Assembly (NCBI GenBank): GCA_963824995.1
Contig: CAWGRK010000016.1
Span: forward strand, 62,001-118,504
DNA: 56,504 nucleotides
Direction of reading: 5' to 3'
Source of the DNA: an uncultured Actinomycetes bacterium
Lineage (GTDB): Bacteria; Actinomycetota; Acidimicrobiia; Spongiisociales; DATADW01
Part shown: positions 21,501 to 32,688 of the stretch, piece by piece
How positions within the stretch are numbered: position 1 is the stretch's first letter
How the letters are laid out: every line of letters begins with the position of its first letter
Program-made: the position numbers and the translations under genes
Notes under the pieces: generated by a model
Told to the model about the DNA's origin: nothing
The model's database searches: none
Seen by the model: the letters and a program-made list of their open reading frames with translations, nothing else

Positions 21501-24500
21501 AATCAGTGGGAGCTCGATCGGCGGCGCGGGCGATCCGCTGATGCTGCCCGTCGGGGTCGATCACCGTTCGCAGCGCCTGGTGCCTCGTGACCACGCCTTC
21601 GATCGCAGTCTTCAACGCCTTCAGGTCAAGCGCTCCCCGGAGGTGAACCTCACCGGCCAGGTTGTAGGCGCAACTCGCATCGCGACCCAGTTGGGCGGCT
21701 AGCCAGATCTCCTGTTGGGCCCCTGTGAGCGGGATGAGCTTGCTGTCACTGTCGCCGAGATCTGTCGGCGGGGAGGCCGCAGGAAGGAAGCTCCCGCGGC
21801 GCATCGACTCGGCTGCCGCTTGGTAGGCGGCGGACAACCTCGCGATGTCGTCCTCGGAGTGGGCGGTGGACAGGAAGGCTGCCCGCCCCTCGACCAGGTG
21901 AATTCCCTGGTCGCGCAGATTGAGATAGAAGACGGATGCCGATTGGTGATGGCTCTCGAAGTTGGTGATGAAGAACGAGCTGAAGTGCTCGATCGTCATT
22001 GGGAACCGCTCGGCGGTGAGATAGCTGTTGAGCTCGGACACCAGATCGTCGGTCCGTCCGTTGAGACCGGCCTGCAGTCCCGGCCCCTCCTGACGGAGAT
22101 GGAGCAGAGCAGCGCGTGCCGCCGCCAGAGCCACCGGGTGGCGGACGAAGGTCCCGGCGAACCAGGTGACGTCTGCCTCGGGGATCGAATCGTCCCCGTA
22201 CTGCCAATGACCTCCATCGAGCGCGTCCATGTACCGGGACTTCCCCGCCACCACTCCGATGGGGAAGCCGCCACCGATGACCTTGCCATACGTCACCAGG
22301 TCCGCCTTGACGCCGAAAAGCGCCTGAGCGCCGCCTGGGTGGGACCGGAATCCCGTGATCATCTCGTCGAAGACGAGCGGAACCCCGGTCGCCTCGGTCA
22401 AATCGCGCAGATCTCCGAAGGAATTCGACTGGCTGGAAATCGGGATGACGACTCTGCACCGGCTCGACCAGGACCGCCGCCAATTGTGGGGCGAGAGCCT
22501 CGATTGTCCGCAGCGATTCTGGGTCGCCATAGTCGAGGATGATCAGATCCTGTGACATGTGGGCCGGTATCCCCGGAGCGAGCGGGATCGATCTGCGACC
22601 GGCCCCAGCGCCGACACCGCGAGATAGCACCTCGTCGAAGAGCCCGTGGTAGTCGCGGGCAAAGGTGACGATCTTGGATCGCCCGGTGACGGTGCGCGCC
22701 AACCGCATTGCAGCCAGAACAGCTTCGGAGCCGGTGTTGGAGAAGGCCACCCGCTCGGCACCGGTCATCTCACCGATCAACTCGGCGACCTCGCCGGCCA
22801 GAGGGGTCATTGGACCGATCTCGATCCCGTTCTCCAGTTGGGCAGCCACCGCCTCCATCACGAACGGGGGAGCGTGGCCGAAGAGGTTCACCCCGAATCC
22901 CATGGTCACGTCGAGATACTCATTGCCGTCGACGTCCCAGATCTTCGAACCTGCCGACCGCACAGACACCAATGGGTACACGGCTTCCTTCCAGGCGCGG
23001 CGGAACCCAAGGACCGTTCGTGGATCGGCAAGCCGGGCCCTGTTGGCCTGGGTGATGCGCTTGGAACCCGGTGAGCGCGGCATTCAGCCGGCCGATCAGG
23101 TCATCGAGGTGGCGCCGCTGCGACGGGTCCATAGCCTCGCCGCTGCGGTCGATCGGTCGCCATGGGAGGTTCGTCGGGACCGTCGGGACGTCGGCCGCTG
23201 CGGGTTCGGTCGAGAGGCCGCCGGCCTCAGCCGGCTCCTTCGCCGAGTCCCGCCACGGCCAGTACCTCCGACGCCACACCGGGGGCATGATCGGAGCCGA
23301 TTTGCCTCGGCGCGCCCGCCGAGGACTGCCAGCTGCTGTCGCATGACGTCGAGTTGCTGTTCTATGAGGCGCTGAACGACTTCCGTCGGCACGGCGCCCC
23401 CTGCTGAGCCGTTGGGGTGGGGGCCAGGGTGCTCTGGGGAGGGCGCAGCTGCGGGAACCTCGGGTGGCGTAGGGGTGGAGACCTCTTCTGGGGCCAATCG
23501 CTCGTCGAGGTGGATGGCAAGTGCATCGATGGTTGGAGCATCCTCGAAGAGCTGGCGGAAGGAGACGCGTATTCCGAAGTTGGCTGCAACCGCGCTGGCC
23601 GCCTGGGTCATGAACAGTGAGTCGAATCCGAGTTCCAGGAAGGTTGCGTACGGGTCGAGGTCGCCCACCTCCAGTCCGCTCAGCTGGTGGAGGATTTCCT
23701 GCAATTGGGCGACTATCCGATCCTTGCGGCCGGATGGCGATTGGGGAAGATCTCCCACGGCAGCAGGCACTTGCGCTGGGACATCGACCGGGGTGGCTGC
23801 GACCGACTCCGACATGTGCAGTGCGCTCGTCGGCTCGCCAGGTTCGATCCAGTACCGCTTCCGCTCAAAGGGATATGTGGGGAGCGGGACGCGACGCCGC
23901 TCTTCTCCGGCGTACATGCCCGTGAAGTCGACGTCGATCCCGGCCAGCCACAACTTCCCCAAGGAGCCCAGGAAGAAGACGGCGTCAGAGGTGGCCTCTG
24001 TGGGATGGGGCAGCGAGGCGACGATGGCCCGAGCAGCGGTCCGCGCCGGGTGTTGCCGGGCGAAGCCGCTCAACGTCTGCCCTGGTCCTACCTCGATCAA
24101 CACCGAGTCAGTGCCGTCGAGAATGGTCTGCAGTCCATCGACAAATCGAACCGTCTGCCGTAGATGGCGCGCCCAGTACTCGGGGGTCACCACCTCCTCC
24201 GGGCTCGCCCATGTGCCCGTCGTGTTGGAGATGTACGGGATGACCGGCGGCTGGAAGTCGATGGTGCGGGCGAATTCGAGGAACTCATCGAGGATCGGCT
24301 CCACGAGATGGGAGTGGGCCGCTACCGAGATGTGAAGCTGGCGAGACTCGACACCTCGTTCGGAGAGCGTCTCATGGAGGCGGTCCACCGCCGCAGCCTC
24401 ACCGGCAACGATGCACAGGTCGGGGCGGTTGACCACCGCTAGAGAAAGGTCGCTTCCGAGCAGCCCGAGAACCTCGTCCTCGGGGAGAGGCACGCTCAGC

Positions 24501-26500
24501 ATGGCGCCCGCCGGCAGAGTCTCGAAGAGCTTCCCCCTAACCAACACCAGTGCCATTGCGTCTTCGAGGGTGAGTACCCCGGCAAGGCAGGCGGCGGTGT
24601 ACTCGCCGAGGCTGTGGCCGATCATCGCTGTCGGGATCACGCCGAGCGATGACCAAAGCTCGGCGAGGGCGTACTCGACGGCGAAGAGGGCCGGGAGCGC
24701 CGACGCCGGCCTCTCCAAGGCCACATCGACCGATTCTGCGCTCGGATAGACGAGACTTCGAAGGTCGCCGCCGCCGTGCGCCTCGGCAATTGCGGCGCAT
24801 CGGTCGAAGGCTCCTCGGAACACAGGCTGGCTGGCGTACAGAGCCTGCCCCATCCGGAGGTGTTGGGCACCGCCGCCGGGAAACATGAAGACCGGCGACG
24901 GGACCACGCCATCGGTTGCCGAGGTGTTGACCACGCGCCGGTCGAGCCGGGCGAGTGCCTCGGCTGCATCGGTTCCCGAACGGGCCACGACGGTGCGGCG
25001 GTGGGGGAAATGGCGGCGCCCCACCTGCAGGGTGTGGGCGATGTCGGCCAGATGGTCATCGGTCTCGGCGAGATGGCGCGCCAGGTCCGCCGTCGCTTGC
25101 TCGAGCGCCGACTCGGTGCGCGCCGAGACCACTAGGAGGTGGTGCTCAGAGGCGGATGGAAGCGGCTCGGCAATCGGCGCCTCCTCGAGGATCATGTGCG
25201 AGTTGGTTCCGCCGAGCCCGAACGAGCTAACGCCGGCCCGCCGGGGGGTCCCGGAACTTGCCCATGGACGTAGGGTGTCGTTGACCACGAACGGGCTGCC
25301 CTCGAAGTCGATCTGGGGGTTCGGTCTGTAGAAGTTGAGAGTCGGAGGCAGCTGGCGGTGCTTCAGCGCCAAGACCGTCTTGATCACGCCGGCAAGTCCG
25401 GCTGCTTCTGCCAGATGGCCGATGTTGGACTTGACCGACCCGATGGCGCAAAAGCCGGTGGCCTCGGTCTGGGTGCGGAAGGCCCGGGTCAGGGCGGCGA
25501 TCTCTATGGGGTCGCCGATGTAGGTCCCAGTACCGTGGGCTTCCATGTAGTCGATCGTTCCCGCTTCGACCTCTGCCATGTCGAGGGCCTCGGCTATGAC
25601 CGCTGCCTGGCCCTCCACTCCCGGTGCGGTGAATCCGATCTTGTGTGCCCCGTCGTTGTTGACCGCGGTCCCCTTCACGATGGCGTGGATGGTGTCGCCG
25701 TCCCTGACCGCGTCGGAGAGCCGCTTGATCACCACCATGGTTACGCCGCTGCCTATCACCGTGCCGGCGGCGTCGGCATCGAATGTCCGGCACCGTCCGT
25801 CGGGCGAGAGGATGCCGTCCGGCTCATAGAGGTACCCGGCGGTCAGAGGTGCATTGACCCGCGCACCCCCGGCGAGGGCCATGTCGCACTCCCCGCTGAG
25901 CACGCTCTGACAGGCGAGGTGAAGGGCAACGCCAGAAGTCGAGCATGCGGTGGCAACGCTGATCGCCGGCCCGTTGAGATTGAGCTTGAAGGCGACCCTC
26001 GTGATGGCGTACTCCCTCTCGCTCCCAATGAGCAGGGAATACCGACCCATCATCGACAGGAGGTCGGGCCGGGTCGAAAGGACGTTTTGGTAGTACGTGT
26101 TGGGGGCTACGCCTCCGAAGAGCCCGGTCACGCCAGGAAGGGACTCCGGGTCGTACCCGGCGTGCTCGAGGGCCGTCCATGCGGCTTCCAGGAAGATGCG
26201 GTGCTGGGGATCCATCAGCTCCGCCTCCCGCTTCGAAAAGCCGAAGAACGGTGCGTCGAACCCGTCGGCGTCCTCCACGGGCGCACCCGCTCTCACGTAC
26301 TCCGGGTCGGCCAGAGTTGCCTCGTCGACCCCTGCCGCCCTCAACTCCTCGGCGGTGAATGGCCTGATCGATTCGATCCCGGCTGCGAGGTTGTCCCAGA
26401 ACCGGTCGATGTCGGCAGCACCTGGGAACCTGCCGGCCATCCCGATGATCGCGATCTCTTCCCGAGGCTCGACCTCGGGGCGATCGGACTTCTCTGTCAT
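18562..26500 (-). CDS. Hybrid PKS-NRPS KS-AT-ACP-aminotransferase-C-A-PCP, reconstructed across about 6 frameshifts
   Basis: KS TACSTS/EAHGTGT/NIGH; AT GHSLGE; ACP ELGFDSL; class III aminotransferase FSNTGSEA, FDEMITGFR, TYGKVIGGG; C HHVICDG; A YTSGSTGIPKG, YGPTE, YKTGD; PCP FFDLGGHSL. Domains continue across ORFs 23096, 22920, 21746, 21499, 20111 and 18562. Confidence 0.85.
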
Positions 26501-26513
26501 CTCCTGACCCCTC

Positions 26514-29500
26514 TCAGGTTCTACGGCGGCGCCGTTGCGCCTGCTGTGCTGCGTACTGGCGACGCCGCTCCGACGCCACGGGCCTGTTCTTTTCCATTAG
26601 GTAGCCGAGTTCGGCAGCAAGTCGACGGGTGGGTTCGCCCAGTGAAACGGGCCCCATTTCCACCTTCCAGCGGCTTGCCACCGATGGATCGATTTGGCGG
26701 TGCTCGAGGAATCGTGTGTCTCCCATGGGCGTGGAAATCCGGTGAATCCCGTCGACCATCTTCCGGTCCAGGTCGTCATAGGGTCGAACGAGACCCTCAT
26801 GGAACGGAAGGTCGAGGGCGTCGGAGAGCTGCTCCATCACCCGGCGCGGCTCGGTGACCAAATCCTCGAAACGGACACGGTGCTTGCCGCTCTGCCGGAA
26901 CCTCGTCGAGAAACTCGATGATGTTGCGATGGCTGAGCAGCCAGACCAGCTCACCGAGTTGTGCCGATGAGAATCGGTGTTCCCTGAGATAGAGCACCTG
27001 ATCCATGTGCATGCTCTCGAAGGAGCGCACCATCTCGCTCGGGTCGCGGATGAGATGGATGTATATGGGTTGATCGAAGCCTCGCTCGGCGTTGAGGAGC
27101 GCGCCGGGGTCGAGGGTATAGGCGGGGGTCTTGTCGACCAGGATCCGCGTGCCAACCCATTCCTGCAGCTGGGCGTAGAACTGCTTGGTAGATAGGTCTG
27201 CCGTCCTCGGCATCGGAGATGATCCGCTTGGCTCGGTCGGCATCGACACCTTCCAACTCCATTACCGCCCTAACGGAGCCTTCGAGCCAAAGGCCGAATT
27301 TCCCAACGAACGCATCACGCCGCTGGCGCATCGTGTCGAAGCCCAGTAGTTGAAGCTCGGATGCAGCGAATAGCGCCGGGTGACCTGCCAGCATCACCCG
27401 GAGTAGAGAAGTGCCTGACCGGGGGGGCGACAGCACGAAGACGGCAGGGGGATTGGCCGGTGTCGCGGTCCAGGAATCGGGCCGGGCGAAGGTGGGGACG
27501 AGGCCTCGCATCTCTTCCAGAGCCGCTTCGTCAATCACCGATTGAGCCTGGGCGAGACCCCCGGACTTGGTCCGTTGGCGCTGGCCGTCGTTCGGCGAAG
27601 TTCCAGCCGAGGCGCCTCCTGGGGCTTCTGACCCGAAACGCTGACCAATCGAGCCGCCATAGTCCCGCCGCAGCAGAGCGGCGTACTCGGCAACCGTCGG
27701 CGACTGGAAGACGGTGATCACGAAGATGAACTCGCCCAGCTCAGCGTGAAGCCTGTTGACCATCTCGGCGGCTAGCAAAGAGTCGCCGCCGAGATCGAAG
27801 AACCTGTCGTGGATCCCCACCTCGTCGAGGTTGAGCATGCCCTTCCAGAGGTCGACGAGATAGCGCTCGAGTTCATCGCGCGGTGGTGCGTACTCGGTGT
27901 CGAGCTCGGGCCGGGCGTAGGTGTGCACCACCAGGCTGCGCCGATCGACCTTTTCGCTCGTGGTGAGCTGGAAGGCGTCGTGCAGCACGAAGATGCTCGG
28001 CACCATGTACTCGGGGAGCTTGGTCTCGAGAAAGGCCCTTAGCTTCGCCCCCGAGGGCCGCCCTCCGGTCGGTACTACGTGTCCCACCAGACGCCGGTGC
28101 TCGCCGTCATCGTCGACGATCACTGCGGCGTGGCGTATCTCGGGGTGCTGGAGCAGCGCCGCTTCGATTTCGCCGAGTTCGATCCGATAACCCCGCACCT
28201 TGACCTGGAAGTCGGAGCGGCCGAGGAACTCGAGCGCGCCGTTCGGTAGGCGGCGCGCCAGGTCGCCGGTGTTGTAGATGCGGGCTCCCGGCTTGTTGTC
28301 GAATGGGTCGGCAATGAATCGATCGGCGGTCAACTCGGGACGGTTCAGGTAGCCGTTCGCCACCTGTACCCCACCGATGTGGAGCTCGCCTACGACTCCG
28401 ACTGGGACAGGCTGCAAGCGTTCGTCGAGGATATGGATCCGCGTGTTGGCCATCGGATAGCCGATTGGCACAATATCGAGGTCCTCGTCGCGCCGGCACA
28501 TCCAGCAGGTCACGTAGACGGCAGCCTCTGTCGGCCCGTAGAGGTTCTGCAGGTCGATGTCGAAAAGCTCGAAGAAACGGTTCTGGAGGTCGAGCGTCAT
28601 GGTCTCGCCGGCAACCAGGAAGCGTCGCAGGCTGACGCATTCCTCGACCCTGGGCAGGTCGAGGAATGACCGCAACGCGGAGGGTACGAACTCGATCGTG
28701 GTGATGCCATGGTCGATGATCATTCTGCGGACCTCGGCAACGTCTCGGTGGCTTCTGGGCGGGGCAACCACGAGCTGGGCGCCGGCGAGAAGCGGCCAGA
28801 AGAACTCGCTCACCGAGACATCAAAGGTGAACGGTGTCTTCTGAAGTACGTGGTCCGAATCGTCTAGCCCGAAGGTCCTCTGCATCCAAAGCAATAGGTT
28901 GCAGATTCCGCGGTGGGTGTTCATCACGCCCTTGGGCATCCCGGTCGACCCCGAGGTGTAGATCACGTAGGCGATGTCGTCTCCGTGAGTCACCACCGGC
29001 AGATTTCCGTCAGGTTGGTCGACCGCAGACCCCACTTCGGGATCGACCACGACGATGCGGGCGTCGCTCTCCGGGAGTGTCGCCAAGACCTTCTCCTGGG
29101 TGAGCACGACCGGCATCTGCGTCTCGTTGATCATGAATTGAATCCGCTCCGCCGGATATTCGGGCTCGAGTGGGATGTAGGCGGCGCCCGCCTTGAGCAC
29201 CGCCAGAAGCGCCACGACCATCTCGATCGATCGCTCCATGTACACGCCGACGAGGGTGTCTCCTCCCGCACCCCATTGCACGAGCTGCCGAGCGAGCCGG
29301 TTCGCACGCCGGTTGAGCTCACCGAAAGTGAGAGTCGTCTCGCCGAAGACCAGTGCGACCGCGTCTGGCGACCGCTCGACCTGTGCCTCGACGAGACCGT
29401 GCAGCGTCGCTGACGAAGGCAGATCGACGTCGGTGTCGTTCAACTGGTTCAGCTCGGCGACCTCCGCGGGTGTGAGCATCGGAAGAGTCCCCAAGGTCGC

Positions 29501-30166
29501 GTCGGTGTCGGAGAGGAACCCGTCGAGCATGACCTCAACGTGTCCCAGTATTCGGCGCACCGTGCTCGGCTCAAAGAGATCGGTGTCGTATGTCAGCGCC
29601 AGGGTGAGGTCGATGCCTGAGCCTTGGACGACAAAGACGAGCTCGGCTCCGGGCAACGCGAGCCAGTCTGTTTCCGGCGCACCATTTCTATCGGATCCCG
29701 CCCCACCATCGACCAGGACGCACCGCGCTGCAGCTGTCTGAACCTCCGACTCGTCGACGCCGAATCGTTCCGCGACAACTGAGAGGTACCGTTCCGGATC
29801 GGCCATGGAAACGGCGAACTCGGCGATCACCCGCCCGATCCATCGCGGGGGGGTCGGCTCGTCATCCCAAGACAACGCCAAAGGTACAACCTGAGCGGCG
29901 CGGTCGGCAGAGGCGGCGTAGCCCAACAAGAGCTCCGGCTGGCGTCCGTATCTAGCAACCACTGCGGCAAAGGCGGCAAGGCACCAGAGGCGAGGTGTTG
30001 CCTCGCTGGCTGCCGCCATGGACACAAGGCGTTCGGTCAACTCGGCGTCGAGAAGGTGACGCTCGGTGGCCCGCTGCAAAGCGCGTCCGGGAACCCGCGG
30101 GTGATCGAGCGGGAGACCGAGTGTGGGAAGATCCGACCGCTCGGAGACGGACGCGGCCGCCTTCAT
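26514..30166 (-). CDS. NRPS initiation protein: partial C domain-A-PCP-sulfotransferase (frameshifts near 27205 and 26885)
   Basis: A YTSGSTGMPKG, YGPTE, YNTGD; PCP FFDLGGDSLLA; ST VFVLSPPRSGTSLLRVMLAGHP, then LVDKTPAY and YIHLIRDP (ORF 26797) and RVRFEDLV (ORF 26514). Confidence 0.88.
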
Positions 30167-30251
30167 GGGCCGGGCGGCCTCAAGCTCCCCCTCGAGTTCG
30201 TCGTCGCGTCACCATCAGGCTGGGCGGCGGCTCTTCCCGATGTGTAAGCAC

Positions 30252-30295
30252 ATGACCCCACCATCACTCCCATATGGCCCCACCATGACCCCCAT
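30252..30295. repeat. Four tandem 11-bp units (two 22-bp units, 19/22 identical) upstream of the NRPS operon; possible regulator site
   Basis: ATGACCCCACC ATCACTCCCAT ATGGCCCCACC ATGACCCCCAT read directly. Confidence 0.6.
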
Positions 30296-30344
30296 AGGGA
30301 AGTTCTATCGGCTCCGGTGATGTCGCGCTGAAGGGGTAATCGGA

Positions 30345-31915
30345 CTATCGGGATTTTTTACGTCGCCGTCCGAGCCTCCCCGCTCGCCGCATCAACCTGT
30401 CGATCACCAACCGGTCTTCGGGTGCCAGTCCGAAGACGAGTAGCAGGCCCCCGTAAAGCGCCAGCACGAGCACAGCCTGGACCACCACGACGGCGAACGA
30501 GTCGTCGAATGGAAGGTAGGCCAGCATCGCCAGTCCGCCCGCATAGGCGGCGACAGCGGCAACTACCGGCTTCCAGAAGCTCTTGTCGTAGGGGATCAGG
30601 CCCTCGAGTACCCAGACCTCGATCAGCCGTGCGAGGTTCACCGCCGCCGAGGCGATCAGCGATGCAACCGCAGCGCCGAGTAACACCCCATCTCGGGATG
30701 AGCAGGGCGTTGCTCGCCAGGAGGAGCGAGATCCAAAGCACTGAATTCACCAACTTGGCGCGGGTGTGGCCGGTCATGTCGATCACGGACCCACAGGTCC
30801 CGGTGCCGGCGATCACCAACTCGGCGAATGCGAATACGACCAGTGCGCCGGCGCCTGTCGGTGAACGACTTTCCGAAGATCCCCAGCAGGGCCTCCGGGT
30901 AGAGCACGATCACGAGGAAGAACGGCAAGTTGAGCGATAGCGTCCACCGGGTGGTCGCCGTGTAGAGGTGGGCCAAACCCGCTCGGTCCTGCTGGTCGTG
31001 GAGCCTGGCGAGCACCGGTTTGACCGAGACGATGATCGAGCGGTAGACGGTGTGTCCCACTAGGTTCACCCGGTCGACGATCGACAGGATCCCGACGTTC
31101 GCCACCGTGCTGAGTGCACCGAGCATCACCGCCTCGATGTTCCGGCGGAACTGGCTCAAGAGTCCGCTCAGCCACAGCGGCAAGGCGAAGGAGAAGATCG
31201 GCCGGAACTCGCGTCTCGCCTCGCGAATCTGAACCCGGCGAAGCGGGAGATGGCGGTTGAGCAGGAGGATCAGCGTGATAGTCGCCGCCACGTCGGCGAT
31301 TCCGAAGACGATCACTGCGGTGAGGGGTTCGAGTCCTATGAAGAAGAGCACCCCGAGGAGCGCCATCCGAACCACGGATTGGACGACGTTCTCGGCAAAG
31401 GTGGCGAAGTCCATGCGCCCGAACCCGCGGGCACAGCCGAGGAGAACGTTGCTCACGCAGAGGAATGGAACGATGACCGCCATGACCTCGAGCAACGGTT
31501 CCAGCCGAGGCTCGTCGAAAAGGCCGTTGGCGATCGGTCCGGCCAGGAAATAGAGGGCGACGCCGATCAAGATGCCGCTCGCCGTGGATACCGCCAGGCC
31601 TATTTGGATCGTTCCCCACACGCCACGCTCGTCTTTGCGGCTCGAGAGGATGGCCACATAGCGGACCATGGCGTCGTCCAAGCCGAGCAGAGATACGCCC
31701 GTGAAGAGGGCGGCGGCGCTAACGGCCAGGTTGTAGAGCCCGTAGCCATCAGCACCCAGTGCCCGTGCCAGCAAGAAGGCGATGACGAACCGGCTGACCA
31801 GTTCGACGACGCTCCCGCCGGCAATGAAGCCGCCACCCTTGGCGGTAGCGATGATGTTCGCCTCCGATGGACCGGACTTGGCCGAACCGAGGGCGCCTTC
31901 GTCGGTAGCGCTCAT
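30345..31915 (-). CDS. Wzx-like oligosaccharide flippase (frameshifts near 30850 and 30680)
   Basis: Polytopic; LARALGADGYGLYNLA, LGLDDAMVRY, FSFALPL, YPEALLGIFG, MTGHT, LIPRWG..GAA.A. Confidence 0.9.
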
Positions 31916-32082
31916 CGCTACATATGTCGGTCGGGTACTGCTATCAACTGGAGCCGAGGTCCGGAAGCCGACGGATCATGAAGAGCGAAAGTCATGAGGA
32001 GGATCGGCCGATGATATGTTCCCGGCCCCGGAGCTTCCGGTCCGTCGGAGTACGGGAGTGGGGAGAGAGAGATCGGCAGGTT

Positions 32083-32688
32083 GTGATCCCTGGTGTCTGT
32101 ATCTGGTTGACCGGCCGTAGTGGGGCAGGTAAGTCGACGGTGACCGCAGCGTTGATCCCGATGCTCGAGGGCCTCGGGCGCACTGTGAGCGTGTACGACG
32201 TGGTGCCGCTGCTGGCGAAGCGATGGTTCGAGCGGACCAGCGAAGGCAAGCTGCTTCGCAAAGCCTACGTTGCCGGCGAAGTAGCTCGGCACGGCGGCAT
32301 CGCCATTTGCGTAACCGTCAGCGCCAGGGCGGAGATAAGGGAAAAGGCGCGAGCAATCGTCGGGTCCGACCGCTTCCTCGAGGTCTATGTCGATGTCCCA
32401 CCGGACGTCAGCGCTGCCCGGCGGTCGCAGCGCACCAAGAAGCCCCCACTCCTCAAGCGCATCAGACGATCGGTGCGCGCGTTGAGAGGTGGTGAGTCGG
32501 GCTATCAGGTCCCGTCGCACCCTGATTTGACCATCGACACGGTGACGCTGGCACCAGAGGAAAACGCCCGAGCTCTCATGCGCCTTCTCATCGAACGCGG
32601 CTTCGTTGAGCCATCCGCGCCGACGAGGAGCGGACTCGCTCCACACCACGACGAACGCGGCAAGCGCGCTGCCACTGCCGAGTCGTGA
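32083..32688 (+). CDS. cysC: Adenylyl-sulfate (APS) kinase-like, divergent
   Basis: GVCIWLTGRSGAGKSTV, GEVARHGGIAI, FLEVYVD, YQVPSHPDLTIDT. GTG 32083 chosen as start because the longer ORF from 31924 has a non-homologous N-terminus. Confidence 0.7.
   Translation: MIPGVCIWLTGRSGAGKSTVTAALIPMLEGLGRTVSVYDVVPLLAKRWFERTSEGKLLRKAYVAGEVARHGGIAICVTVSARAEIREKARAIVGSDRFLEVYVDVPPDVSAARRSQRTKKPPLLKRIRRSVRALRGGESGYQVPSHPDLTIDTVTLAPEENARALMRLLIERGFVEPSAPTRSGLAPHHDERGKRAATAES

Noticed and set aside
26514..27460. Olefin synthase / terminal-alkene formation by ST-TE
   Set aside because: The ST is on the initiation NRPS protein, not next to the TE, and there is no KR to make a beta-hydroxy group.
15291..30166. 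Calling the cluster a monobactam (sulfazecin-type) pathway
   Set aside because: Only the Cys-TE and ST parallels exist. The module order, the PKS-AMT module, the altered His loop and the absence of recognisable diaminopropionate-synthesis or resistance genes do not support the call.
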